From the NCBI GenBank assembly GCA_043228905.1, contig JBHGNT010000010.1:7130001-7194000 (forward strand): 64,000 bases of DNA, in the 5' to 3' direction. Below the pieces are notes generated by a model. That model saw only the letters and a list, made by a program, of their open reading frames with translations. It did no database searches and had not been told where the DNA came from. How positions within the stretch are numbered: the stretch's first letter is position 1; each line of letters opens with the position of its first letter. The translations under genes and the position numbers were made by a program. This DNA comes from Azolla caroliniana. Lineage: Eukaryota > Plantae > Polypodiophyta. Shown here piece after piece: positions 13,527-25,174 of the stretch.

Positions 13527-16500
13527 TGTTGAGAGACAAGCTCAACATCGGCCGGATCGGCTGAAGAATTCGAGGACCGGATCGGTTGGGACCGATCGGT
13601 TAGGCCGAATGCGTAAACCGGTACGTAGACCGGTGCGTAGGTAGGGCCGGATCGGTGCGTAAACCGGGAGGCCATTAGGAAAGATATTCCGTGAAAAATA
13701 TATTTGGGAGTTAGTGTAGGAGCTCTTAATGAGCATTGAAGTACTGTCAGTACTTCTGTCAGTCCTTCTAGGACTTGTATAAAAGTGTTCATTGAACACA
13801 CATATGTATAGTGTGGTGAATAGAGATTGAGTACTTTTTTTTGAATATAGTTCTTGTGTTCTCTCTCTCTCTCTCTCTCTCTCTCTCCCGCGTATACTGG
13901 GTAAGCTCAAGCTCTCCATTAAACCTGAGTTTCCTTCCTTCTGTTCGGTCTTCATACTTGCTTCCGCACGCTACTTTTTACATGGTATTAGAGCGTGAGG
14001 GTTGAGAACCTCTCTGCAGCCGACACAACTTGACGAAGAAGAACAAGAAGAACGATGGATAGAGGCATGGCGAGCTCGCTTCCAACAGAGAAGCTCGACA
14101 GAACCAACTACGCGTCTTGGTCCTACAAGATGCACCAGTACCTGCTCGGGCACGACTACTGGAGTTATGTCGAAGGAGCTAATGATGCGGCACCCGAATC
14201 GACACACAGAGACTTCCCGTCGTGGGAGCAATCGGTGAGCAGGGTATTATACTGCTTCCCGTCGTTTGTGGGCGAACAACTATTGAGCTATGTTCGGGAT
14301 GCAAAGACGCCGAAGGGTGAGTGGGAAAATCTGAAGAAGATTTTCGCCACGAGCACCACAGCCAGGAAGCTTCAGTTCCAACAGGAGTTGAGCAACCTAC
14401 GACAACGCGACTTGTCGGTGGCGGACTATACCTCGAAGATCAAGGATATCTGCGACTCCCTCGCCTCCATAGAGGTGAACATCGAGGAGAGCGAGATGGT
14501 CTAGATCTGTCTCGGAGGTTTGGCGTCGAAGTTCGGAGCGTTCCGAACGGCTGTGTGTACCCGGGAGAATACGTCGTCCTTTTTCGACTTACAGTCAATG
14601 CTCCTGGTAGAGGAGAACCACGCGGGTGCGTCTACAAGCATGCACACCGACAACAGAATGTTGTACACGGAGGGAGATAGGCCCCGTGGACGTGGAGGAC
14701 GAGGCGAGTCGGCGCACAATGGAGGCGGCCGACGAGATCAAGAAAGAAGGCATCGAAGTGATGCCGACAGCAACTCCGGACCCTCCGGAAACAGGGGGAG
14801 TCGAAGCGATGAGAACCGGCAAGGGAAGGCCATCGCGGAGTGCTGATACCGTGGCAAGAAAGGCCACAGGGAAAGTGAGTGCTGGAAGAAGTGCGCCGAT
14901 TCAGAGAGAACTAATTCCGGAAACGGCTCCGGACATACCGACAAGGGAAATCGGCAGCGATCGCACTACGCCGAAGACTCCGAGAGAGCCGGAGAAGGGT
15001 CTGCCTTCGTGACGAGACACGAAGCAAACTCAATGAAACAGACCACCCCGAGATCGGACGAAGTGTGGTACGTAGACTCCGGCGCGTCAAACCACATGAC
15101 GAGCCATAAGGAGTGGTTCTCGTACCTTGAAAAACCGATACAACCTGGAGTAGTCGCAACTGGAGACGACACTCCACATCCGATCGCAAATGTCGGAGAA
15201 GTTCCCCTTAGCCATGTCGGGTAGAAAGGGAAACTCATGAACGTGCTGCACGTTCCGACAATCACGAAGAACTTGGCCTCGGTCGGACAGATCGTCGACC
15301 AAGGGATGGAGGTTCGGTTTACACACCTCAGGTGCTTCATTGAGGAAGAAGGCCGTGTGATTGCGCAAGGGCGCAAAGACGGGAGGATGTTCATCCTCGA
15401 CTCCACTGACGGCGGCACCGCAATGTTCGCGAAGGGATAAAAATCCGAGTCGGACATTGACTTGTGGCACAAGCGGATAGGCCACGTCAACTACCAGCGG
15501 CTTCAAGATCTACAATCGAAACAAGTAGTGTTCGGATTGCCCAAATTTAGTGGCCGAAAGGCACAAATTTGTGAAGCCTGCCAGCTCGGGAAGCAACACC
15601 GACTTCCTTTCCCCAACGAGCGAAACCGGAGCCAGAACAAGCTCGACCTTATACACTCCGATGTATGGGGGCCGACACAAAACGTTAGTCTTGGCGGGAG
15701 CCGATATTTCATCTCCTTCATCGACGACCACACGCGGCACACGTGGATCTACCTCATTGAGAGGAAGAGCGAAGTCTTCGACTGTTTCCGGGACCTCAAA
15801 GGGTTCGTGGAAATGGAATCAGGACGAAAGATCAAGTGCCTGCGGTCGGATGGCGGGAAAGAGTACTTTTCTGGTCAATTCAACGGTTATCTACAACAAA
15901 TGGGAATTCGGCGCGAATTCAATTGTAGATACACACCGGAGCAGAACGGCGTGGCCGAGAGGATGAATCGGTCAGTTGTGGAAGCGGCACGGGCAATGCT
16001 GGAGGAGAAGAGCTTGCCCAAGTTCTACTGGGCCGAGGCGGTAAGGACCGCGATATACATCCAGAACCGGATCGGAGACAAAGTGTCGGCGCGCGAGCTA
16101 TATTTCGGAACGAAGCTGAACTTACGACACTTGAGGGTGTTCGGTAGCATTGCGTATGTGCATGTACCGAAGGAGAAAAGGAGGAAGCTGGACGCAAAGG
16201 ACGAGAAATGCATCTTGGTCGGTTACTCGGACGAGCAGAAGGGTTATAAGTGCTATAACCCTCGCACCAAACAAGCGCGTGTTAGCCGCGACATTGTGTT
16301 TGACGAGTCCGCGTCCTGGTACCAGCCCCTGACTCCAAACCCCGACTCCAATCTGAGCTCTGACGATGAGGTCAGCGAGGCTGAGATGCCTCCGGATGAG
16401 CCCGAAATCGAGACCTGCGAAGAGAGTCCGATTTCACTCCGTTTAAGTGGACCGATTGGACGACTTAGTCGGTACGACCAGTCTATGAAGAGCCGGCGAG

Positions 16501-19192
16501 TAGTGGAGACTCGGTCGTGCATTCCCCGCGTAGGAAGCCGAGGAGACGGCTTACGCGCAAAGAGAAAGGGAAGAAGAAGGTGTCGGATTCCGGCACGGAT
16601 AGGAACGAGTCAGACTGACGCGAATCCGAATCCGAGGGAACCGGTGACAGGTCTTTAAAGGTGAAGTCCGCGTCGACCGAGAAGGCCTCGACATCGGCTT
16701 ATGTGAGATTACGCCGATCTACCTGCCAGAAGAATCCTGTTTTGCGGTTCGGATACAACGAGTACATGGCGCATCATTATGCGTACATGACCCGTGTAGC
16801 GGAAGTGCGTGAGCCGGAGAGCTACGCAGAAGCGGCTAAAGACATGAATTGGCGTGCCGCGATGGAGGAAGAGATGCACGCATTGGCGGAGAACGAGACC
16901 TGGGACCTGGTTGACGCACAAAGAGGGGTAAAACCGATCGGGTGTAGGTGGGTGTACAAGGTCAAGTACAACACCGATGGCTCGGTCAACCGGTACAAGG
17001 CTCGGCTAGTGGCAAAGGGCTACGCGCAGAAACACGGCATCGACTACGTTGAGACGTTTGCGCCGGTCGCGAAAATGACGACCGTCCGTGTTTTGCTCGC
17101 AGTAGCTGCGGTGAAGGGGTGGCACTTACATCAGATGGATGTAAAGAATGCGTTCCTGCAAGGTGACCTTGAGGAACAGGTGTACATGGTACAACCCCCC
17201 GGTTTTCACTCCGGAACGAACTCCTCGGCAGTATGCCGATTGAAGAAGTCCCTTTACGGATTGAAGCAAGCCCCGCATGCCTGGAACGCGAAGATCACGC
17301 AACAACTGCGTCAGATGGGCTTCGTCACATCAAAATCGGACTCTTCCCTGTTCATCCGGAAAGGTCGACTCGGATCGGTTAGTATTTTACTATATGTTGA
17401 TGACTTGGTCATCACCGGCGCCGACCTAGGTGAAATCGACCGCGTGAAGCTCCAGCTTGTGGCATCATTCGACATGAAGGATTTGGGGAACCCTCATTAC
17501 TTCCTCGGGATTGAAGTGATCCGTACCCCCCAAGGCATATTGATCAGCCAACGTCATTACGTGCTGAGTATGCTCTTCAAATTCGGGATGGCCGACTGTA
17601 AGTCCGTCTCGACTCCTCTGGACAGAACCGTCAAGCTTCGTCCCGATATGGGAAAGGTATACGACCTGACGAGGTTCCAACAAATTGTCGGAAGCCTCAT
17701 ATACTTGACCATCACCCGACCCGACCTCAGTTATCCAGTCGGAGTGATCAGTCAGTTCATGGCGCGACCTACCGAGGAGCACCTTCAGTGTGCACAACGC
17801 ATACTTCGGTATGTCAACGGCACTAAGGACTAGGGACTGCTATATCGGGCCGGTGCAGCCACGCAGTTAGTCGGCTACACCGATGCTGATTGGGCTGGCA
17901 ACACCGCCGATCGCCGATCCACGTCCAGATACGCGTTCTCCCTTGGGAGTGCCCCGATCGTGTGGAGCAGTAAGAAGCAGCCGACAGTTGCACTGTCGAG
18001 CACCGAAGCTGAGTACCGAGGAGCGGCTGTCGCGACATCCGAAGCCATATTGTTGAAGCGGCTACTTAAGGACCTGCAAGAGGAGGTGTCAGATCCGACG
18101 ACGATCTACTGTGACAAGCTCAACAACATCCAGCTCGCAAAAAACCCCGTTTTCCACGCACGGACTAAGCACATTGAGGTGCACTACCATTTCGTTCGTG
18201 AGCGTGTCCTTTCCGGTGAAGTCGAACTTCAGTACGTTCCGACGGATCGGCAGACTGCCGACATCTTCACCAAGCCTCTTGGTCTGGACAAGTTGCGGCA
18301 ATTCTCAGGTGCGCTCGGATTGCGTCACCTCGACGTGCCAAACTTGAGGGGGAGAATAGTCCCGAACGACCAAGCAAGGCAGCAGGAAAGGAGCGGAGAC
18401 CGCGACACCGAGTCGGTTGACTCGGTTGTCGAGGTCGACTTTGGATCGGCTGAAGAAGCCGAGGGCGGACCCGCGGAAAAGTCCGGAAGCGGACAGAAGG
18501 GGAGCAGCCGAAGGAGAGAGCCGAAGCCAACCACGCATGGGGAAGATGACGCCATCGAGGGCGAGAAGACCGAAGACAAGTTGGAGACAACCAACTCGGA
18601 CGAGAGCGAAAACCGATCGGAGGTAGCCGAGTTGGTTCGGATGTTTGATTCAGATACGCTTAATCAACCGAGGCCCAAGTGGAAGAAAAGGCAGCAGGAG
18701 AAGCGTCAACACCGCAACAACAGAAGAGGTGATAAGGGCCACATGAGCAGACAAGCCGACCGGAAGGGTCGAAGCACGCGGAGTCGAACAGGTCGAGGAG
18801 CGCGAGCGAGGCGTGAAGCCAGGAGGAACCGGAGCTGTGAGCCTGAAGATCCCGAAGAGCCTCAAGTTGAGCTTGAGGGGGAGTGTTGAGAGACAAGCTC
18901 AACATCGGCTGGATTGGCTGAAGAAGCCGAGGACCGGATCAGTTGGGACCGATCGGTTAGGCCGAATGCGTAAACCGGTACGCAGACCGGTGCGTAGGTA
19001 GGACGGATCGGTGCGTAAACCGGGAGGCCGTTAGGAAAGATATTCTGTGAAAAATATATTTGGGAGTTAGTGTAGGAGCTCTTAATGAGCATTGAAGTAC
19101 TGTCAGTACTTCTGTCAGTCCTTCTAGGACTTGTATAAAAGTGTTCATTGAACACACATATGTATAGTGTGGTGAATAGAGATTGAGTACTT
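13527..19192 (+). mobile_element. Ty1/copia element B (near full length, 3' LTR truncated)
   Basis: 5' LTR 13527-13982, PBS 13983-13994, PPT 18873-18883. The 3' LTR at 18884-19192 matches the first ~310 bp of the 5' LTR and then stops abruptly. Confidence 0.95.
14055..18889 (+). pseudogene. Element B gag-pol with premature stops and frameshifts
   Basis: PR VDSGASNHM, IN WHKRIGH/CEAC/LRSDGGKEY, RT LYVDD, RNase [13 protein letters not shown], followed by a long charged tail. Confidence 0.93.
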
Positions 19193-19523
19193 CCTGATTT
19201 TCTTCCAGTCTTTCTCTTGTCTAGTTCAACTTCCTCAACTGATTTTCCTGCTCTCTCGTCAAGCCTCCCTTCGACTTCGACTTAGACTTCGATTCTCCCC
19301 CTCAAGTTCGGCAAGTCGAGATGCTGTAAATCGAGCATGCCCAAGAATTTTCGTAACTTGTCAAGTCTGAGAGGTTTGGTGAAGACGTAGGCCATTTGCT
19401 GATACGTTAGAACATATACGAGTTCCACTTCACCAGAGAGAACACGCTCACGCAAGAAATGATAATGTACTTCGATGTGCTTCATATGAGTGTGGAAAAC
19501 GAGGTTTTTCGCCAATTGGATAA
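19193..19523 (-). mobile_element. Ty1/copia fragment C (end of RNase H), same family, inverted
   Basis: ORF 19282-19515: [21 protein letters not shown]...LDLPNLRGR. Confidence 0.88.
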
Positions 19524-19818
19524 TATTGAGCAGACAAGCTCAACCGAATCCATTCGGTTGAATAAGCCAGAGCCGGATCAGAGTCTAGAACGTAGAACCG
19601 GATCGGTGTCCGGATCAGTATCCGGAACTAGGAGCCAGATCGTAATCCGGATCAGATTGTAATTGATAGGCCGTTAAAGGCCTACAACCCTAGCCTAGTA
19701 CGTAGGCATATTTTTGGCAATCCGTGTTTGATGCTTTGTATGAGCATTAAAGTACTTGTCATTACTGTTGGGATTACGGTCCCTCCGGATGGGATGGTCG
19801 GATGTCCGGGAATCGAGA

Positions 19819-20041
19819 ATGAAGACCCGGTTCCGGATCCGGATGATGAAGACCCCGACTACGGAGCCGGATGATGAAGACCCCGGTTCCGGATCCGGAT
19901 GATGAAGACCCCGGCTATGGAGCCGGATGATGAAGACCCCGGTTCCGGATCCGGATGATGAAGACCCCGGCTACGGAGCCGGATGATGAAGACCCCGGTT
20001 ACGGAGCCGGATGATGAAGACCCCGGTTACGGAGCCGGATG
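19819..20041 (+). repeat. 28-bp tandem array in the E 5' LTR (8 units)
   Basis: ATGAAGACCCCGG(TTCCGGATCC/CTACGGAGCC)GGATG units. Confidence 0.95.
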
Positions 20042-20226
20042 ACGAATGTACCCGGAGAGAGATCCGGATGCGGGGACATATTTGTGAATATGTTTGCCAA
20101 GGGCCCTTGAGGCTATATTTGTAAATAGCCCGAAAGTCATATGTGTATAAATATGACTTAGGGCAAACAGTTTGTTGTTGTTACTCATTTTTCTGGTTTT
20201 CCACTTAGAGGGAGCTAAGTGAGCAG

Positions 20227-20265
<39 letters not shown>

Positions 20266-20558
20266 GAAGAGGTCGTTGCCTCTGTGTATTACCGCCGCCT
20301 GTGGCGAAGACAGTGAGCTCAAGGTTGTTGCCTTGTAGCTTCACCATTGTACATCTCTGTTTATAGTGATAGTTGGAGTTTGAGGACTCCCGTGGTTTTT
20401 CCCATTTAGGGTTTTCCACGTAAAACATCCTGTGTACTCTTCTCTCTATTGTCTTCGTGTATTTTGTATTTCCTGTTTTCTGTGAGTTGATCCTATTCCT
20501 CGGTGGTGGCCGAGCACTGTGTTCAACAAGTGGTATCAGAGCGACGGTAACACAGAAA

Positions 20559-23500
20559 ATGGAAGGCGGCGGTAGTGGGCCTCCGGGCATGATGGTGTTG
20601 AACTCACAGAACTACGCCGACTGGAAGATAAAGATGGAAGACCTTCTCATCGTCCGAGACCTGTATGAACCGATCGACAATGCCGAGATACCCAAGGGGG
20701 TAATAGAGTCGGAGTGGAAGCTCCTGAACCGGAAAGCCGTAGCGACGATCCGGCAATATGTCGATGTAAGTGTTCTGCAACATGTGGCGAACGATACGAA
20801 CGCCTATGAGATGTGGCAGAAGCTGTCCGGACTATATGAGAGGAAGAATGCTCTGACCCGGACCTCCCTGATGAGGAAGATAGTGAATCTTAAGTACCGG
20901 GACGGCGAGAGCATGGTCGAACACGTCAGCACGTTCATGGGATTCGTGAACCAGCTTGCGGCGATCAAGTTCCCGTTGGATGACGCAATGCAAGCCATCA
21001 TGCTGATGTGTACCCTTCCGGAGAGCTGGGAGAACTTGGTAGTTACTCTCAGCACCTCCTGTAAGGAAGAGAACTTGTCTTTACTAACGGTAAAGACAAG
21101 TATTCTAAATGAAGAAGCGCGTTGGAGAGACAAAGAACCGGCCTCCGACTCGAAGGCGCTGCTTACCGAATCGGAACAGGGAAGACAACGGAACCGGAGT
21201 CCGCAAAGACGGGAGAAGTCGGGGACACAGTCGCAGTCGAGGGGAAGACCTACATGCTTCTACTGTGGGAAGCCGGGGCACTTCCAGAAGAACTGTCGGC
21301 ATTTCCGGAAAGACAACGGAACCGACGGTACCGATTCGAAGAAGTCACCGGAGCGAAACGGTGCATACCGGGGAGCCATGGACCGGAGAGGTCCGGATCG
21401 GCGAGGGCAGGACCGGAAAGGAACGACGGCACTCGCGGCAAGTGAAGAAGAGATAATGCTCATTACCGAAGAAAGGGAGTTGAACCTTGCCGGTGAAGAG
21501 ATGACCTGGGTGGTCGATTCCGGAGCGTCGTTCCACCTGACCCCGGAGAAGAAATACTTCTCATCCTACACAACCGGTGAGCACGGCTGTGTCCGGATGG
21601 GAAATGAAGGTACGTGCCGGATTGCCGGCATAGGAGACGTGTGGTTGACAACCTCGACCGGATGCAAAATGTTGCTGAAGGATGTCCGACACGTTCCGGA
21701 AGTTCGATTGAACCTGATTTCGGCCGGGAGGCTAGACGATGAAGGCTACACAGGTAGCATCCGGAACGGCGTAATGAAGTTCAGCAAGGGGAGCCTGATA
21801 GTGGCTCGGGACCGGAAAGTCAACACACTGTACCTTATGAATGCCTGGTTGTGTCCGGAGGAGTTGAACGTGGCAGCCGACACTGCCGGTGAGCTGTGGC
21901 ACAAGAGACTGTGCCACATGAGTGAGAAGGGGATGAAGAGGCTTGCAGAAGACAACCTTATTCCAGTGAAGCATGTGCACCTGGAGAAGTGCACCGATTG
22001 CCTGGCCGGTAAGCAAAACCGAACCTCCTTCCACTCAAGGCCACCGACGAGACGTAGCGCACCATTGGAGTTGGTGCACACTGACGTGTGTCAAGTAGAA
22101 ACGAAGTTACATGGCGGAGCCCAGTACTTCGTGACATTCATTGATGACCATAGCCGGAAGCTGTGGACGGCACCACTGAAGACAAAGGACCAAGTGTTGT
22201 GCGTCTTCAAAGAACTCCACGGGAGAGTGGAAAGGGAATCCGGCAAGAAGCTGAAAGCAATACGAGCGGATAATGGAGGGGAATACCGGGGGCAGTTCAA
22301 GGAGTACTGTCGCTCGAAGGGAATCCGGCTCGAGTTTACTGTGCCGAAGACGCCGGAACTGAACGGGCTGGCTGAGAGGATGAACCGGACCATAATGGAG
22401 AGGGTCCGGAGTATGCTGGCGCATGCGAAATTACCCAAGGGGTTTTGGGCTGAGGCAATGTCGACGTCGACATACGTGATAAACAGATCACCCTCAGTAC
22501 CTTTGGACGGAGACACGCCGCAAAGAGTGTGGACCGGTAGGGAAGTATCCTACCGGCATCTGAAGGTGTTCGGGTGTCTCGCATATGTGCATGTGGCAAA
22601 GGATCGGAGAGGAAAGCTAGATCCAAAGACCCGGCCATGCATATTCCTCGGTTACGGCGATGACGAGTTCGGCTACCGAGTGTGGGACCCGGTCGACAAA
22701 AAGATATTCCGGAGTCATGATATCATCTTCATGGAGGACAATACACTCGCCGACTGGGAGTCAGAGAAGAAGATGAAGAGCTCCAAGTCGACCGGTGAGG
22801 ATCAACTCTACGAGGAGCAGTCCCGACCGGCAAGGGACCGGTTAGCACTCGAGGATCCGGCCGAAGACGGTGAAGAAACAGAACCGGCCGAGGAAGATGA
22901 AACTGGTACCGGAACCGGCCCCGATCCCGAAATGGATTCGGATGAAGAGGAAACGGAGGAGCCGGTTACCGAAGCTCCGGAACGGAGATATCCTCTAAGA
23001 GAGAGAAGGGCCCCCCGGAGATTTCCGGAACCAGAGCACGTGCTGCTAACCGACGAGGGGGAGCCGGAGAGTTTTGAAGAAGCAAAACTTGACACCCATA
23101 GCCGCAGGTGGTTAAGTGCCATGCAGGAGGAGATGGATTCCCTGCATGAGAACCACACATATGAACTTGTGGAGTTGCCGAAAGGAAAGCGGGCACTTCG
23201 AAACAAGTGGGTGTTCAAGCTGAAACCGGGAGATGCCGGAAACCCCCCGAGATACAAAGCCAGGATCGTGGTGAAGGGGTTCCAACAGAAGAAGGGCGTC
23301 GACTTCGACGAGATATTTGCCCCGGTAGTGAAGATGACCTCCATCCGGACGGTGCTGAGCATAGCGGCAAGCATGGACCTCGAGGTAGAACAGATGGACG
23401 TGAAGACGGCATTCCTTCACGGTGACCTCGAAGAAGAGATCTACATGCAGCAACCGGAAGGATTCGAGAAGAAAGGGAAGGAGCACCTGGTATGCCGGCT

Positions 23501-24629
23501 GAAGAAGAGCCTTTACGGACTGAAGCAGGCTCCCCGGCAATGGTACCGGAAGTTCGACTCTTTCATGACCGACGAAGGGTACCACAAAACGCAGTCCGAT
23601 CACTGCGTGTTTGTGAAGAAGTTCGAAGGAGGAGACTTTCTAATACTCCTGTACGTGGACGACATGTTGATCGTCGGACGGGACCAGGTCAAGATACAGA
23701 TGCTGAAGAAAGCGCTTCACCGAACCTTCTCAATGAAGGACCTGGGTCCGGCGAGGCAAATACTAGGGATGCACATCATCCGGGACTGGAAGAAGAAGCA
23801 GTTGTGGCTGTCACAGGAGAAGTACGTGACAAAGGTGCTTCACCGGTTCAACATGTCGGAAGCAAGACCGGTCGGGTCAACCCTCCCGGCAAACTGCAAG
23901 TTGTCCAGCAAGCAAAGCCCCAAGACAAAGGCTGAGAAGGAGGACATGATGAAAGTACCATATGCCTCTGCCGTCGGAAGCTTGATGTACGCAATGGTGT
24001 GTACAAGACCGGACATAGGATATGCAGTTGGAGTGGTGAGCCGGTACATGAGCAATCCCGGCAAAGAACACTGGAACGCGGTGAAGTGGATACTCCGATA
24101 CCTGAAGGGCACGGCAAACGTGTGCCTCCGATTCGGCTCCGGTAAGCCCGAACTCGACGGCTTTACCGATTCGGATATGTCGGCTGATGCAGATACCAGC
24201 CGGTCCACATCAGGGTATGTGATGACGTATGCAGGGGGAGCTGTTTCGTGGCAGTCGAGGCTGCAGAAGACGGTTGCATTGTCAACCACGGAGGCGGAGT
24301 ACATGGCGGCTGTTGAAGCCGGCAAGGAAATAATATGGATGAAGGACTTCATTAGAGAGCTCGGTATCCGGCAGGAGGAGTACCGACTCTACTGCGACAG
24401 TCAGAGTGCCATCCACCTTGCGAAGAACGCGGCCTATCACTCCCGGACGAAGCACATCCAGCGAAGATATCACTGGATCCGGGAAAGGATAGAAGACCAG
24501 GAGTTCGTGCTGACGAAGATCCACACGGACGAGAACGGGTCAGATATGCTGACCAAAGTGCTCACACCCGACAAGCTGGAAGCGTGCCGGAAGAGGGTCG
24601 GACTGGAAAGACATCCCATGCCGAAGTGA
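20559..24629 (+). CDS. Gag-Pol polyprotein of element E (1356 aa)
   Basis: First ATG after the PBS. CFYCGKPGHFQKNC knuckle, VVDSGASFH, WHKRLCH, IRADNGGEY, LYVDD, FTDSDM, KHIQRRYHWIRE. No stops. Confidence 0.95.
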   Translation: MEGGGSGPPGMMVLNSQNYADWKIKMEDLLIVRDLYEPIDNAEIPKGVIESEWKLLNRKAVATIRQYVDVSVLQHVANDTNAYEMWQKLSGLYERKNALTRTSLMRKIVNLKYRDGESMVEHVSTFMGFVNQLAAIKFPLDDAMQAIMLMCTLPESWENLVVTLSTSCKEENLSLLTVKTSILNEEARWRDKEPASDSKALLTESEQGRQRNRSPQRREKSGTQSQSRGRPTCFYCGKPGHFQKNCRHFRKDNGTDGTDSKKSPERNGAYRGAMDRRGPDRRGQDRKGTTALAASEEEIMLITEERELNLAGEEMTWVVDSGASFHLTPEKKYFSSYTTGEHGCVRMGNEGTCRIAGIGDVWLTTSTGCKMLLKDVRHVPEVRLNLISAGRLDDEGYTGSIRNGVMKFSKGSLIVARDRKVNTLYLMNAWLCPEELNVAADTAGELWHKRLCHMSEKGMKRLAEDNLIPVKHVHLEKCTDCLAGKQNRTSFHSRPPTRRSAPLELVHTDVCQVETKLHGGAQYFVTFIDDHSRKLWTAPLKTKDQVLCVFKELHGRVERESGKKLKAIRADNGGEYRGQFKEYCRSKGIRLEFTVPKTPELNGLAERMNRTIMERVRSMLAHAKLPKGFWAEAMSTSTYVINRSPSVPLDGDTPQRVWTGREVSYRHLKVFGCLAYVHVAKDRRGKLDPKTRPCIFLGYGDDEFGYRVWDPVDKKIFRSHDIIFMEDNTLADWESEKKMKSSKSTGEDQLYEEQSRPARDRLALEDPAEDGEETEPAEEDETGTGTGPDPEMDSDEEETEEPVTEAPERRYPLRERRAPRRFPEPEHVLLTDEGEPESFEEAKLDTHSRRWLSAMQEEMDSLHENHTYELVELPKGKRALRNKWVFKLKPGDAGNPPRYKARIVVKGFQQKKGVDFDEIFAPVVKMTSIRTVLSIAASMDLEVEQMDVKTAFLHGDLEEEIYMQQPEGFEKKGKEHLVCRLKKSLYGLKQAPRQWYRKFDSFMTDEGYHKTQSDHCVFVKKFEGGDFLILLYVDDMLIVGRDQVKIQMLKKALHRTFSMKDLGPARQILGMHIIRDWKKKQLWLSQEKYVTKVLHRFNMSEARPVGSTLPANCKLSSKQSPKTKAEKEDMMKVPYASAVGSLMYAMVCTRPDIGYAVGVVSRYMSNPGKEHWNAVKWILRYLKGTANVCLRFGSGKPELDGFTDSDMSADADTSRSTSGYVMTYAGGAVSWQSRLQKTVALSTTEAEYMAAVEAGKEIIWMKDFIRELGIRQEEYRLYCDSQSAIHLAKNAAYHSRTKHIQRRYHWIRERIEDQEFVLTKIHTDENGSDMLTKVLTPDKLEACRKRVGLERHPMPK

Positions 24630-24692
24630 AGGGGGAGTTTGTTGGGATTACGGTCCCTCCGGATGGGATGGTCGGATGTCCGGGAATTGAGA

Positions 24693-24942
24693 ATGAAGAC
24701 CCGGTTCCGGATCCGGATGATGAAGACCCCGGCTACGGAGCCGGATGATGAAGACCCCGGTTCCGGATCCGGATGATGAAGACCCGGTTCCGGATCCAGA
24801 TGATGAAGACCCCGGCTACGGAGCCGGATGATGAAGACCCCGGTTCCGGATCCGGATGATGAAGACCCCGGCTACGGAGCCGGATGATGAAGACCCCGGT
24901 TACGGAGCCGGATGATGAAGACCCCGGTTACGAAGCCGGATG
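24693..24942 (+). repeat. 28-bp tandem array in the E 3' LTR (9 units)
   Basis: Same unit, with one extra 27-bp variant unit. Confidence 0.95.
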
Positions 24943-25127
24943 ACGAATGTACCCGGAGAGAGATCCGGATACGGGGACATATTTGTGAATATGTTTGCCA
25001 AGGGCCCTTGAGGCTATATTTGTAAATAGCCCGAAAGTCATATGTGTATAAATATGACTTAGGGCAAACAGTTTGTTGTTGTTACTCATTTTTCTGGTTT
25101 TCCACTTAGAGGGAGCTAAGTGAGCAG

Positions 25128-25174
<47 letters not shown>

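Noticed and set aside
19819-20041. 28-bp repeats resembling a CRISPR array
   Set aside because: The units are head to tail with no unique spacers, lie inside paired LTRs, and there are no cas genes in a eukaryotic context.
20457-20558. GTG-started N-terminal extension of the E polyprotein
   Set aside because: It lies in U5/PBS and is duplicated in the 3' LTR. ATG 20559 is the plausible start.
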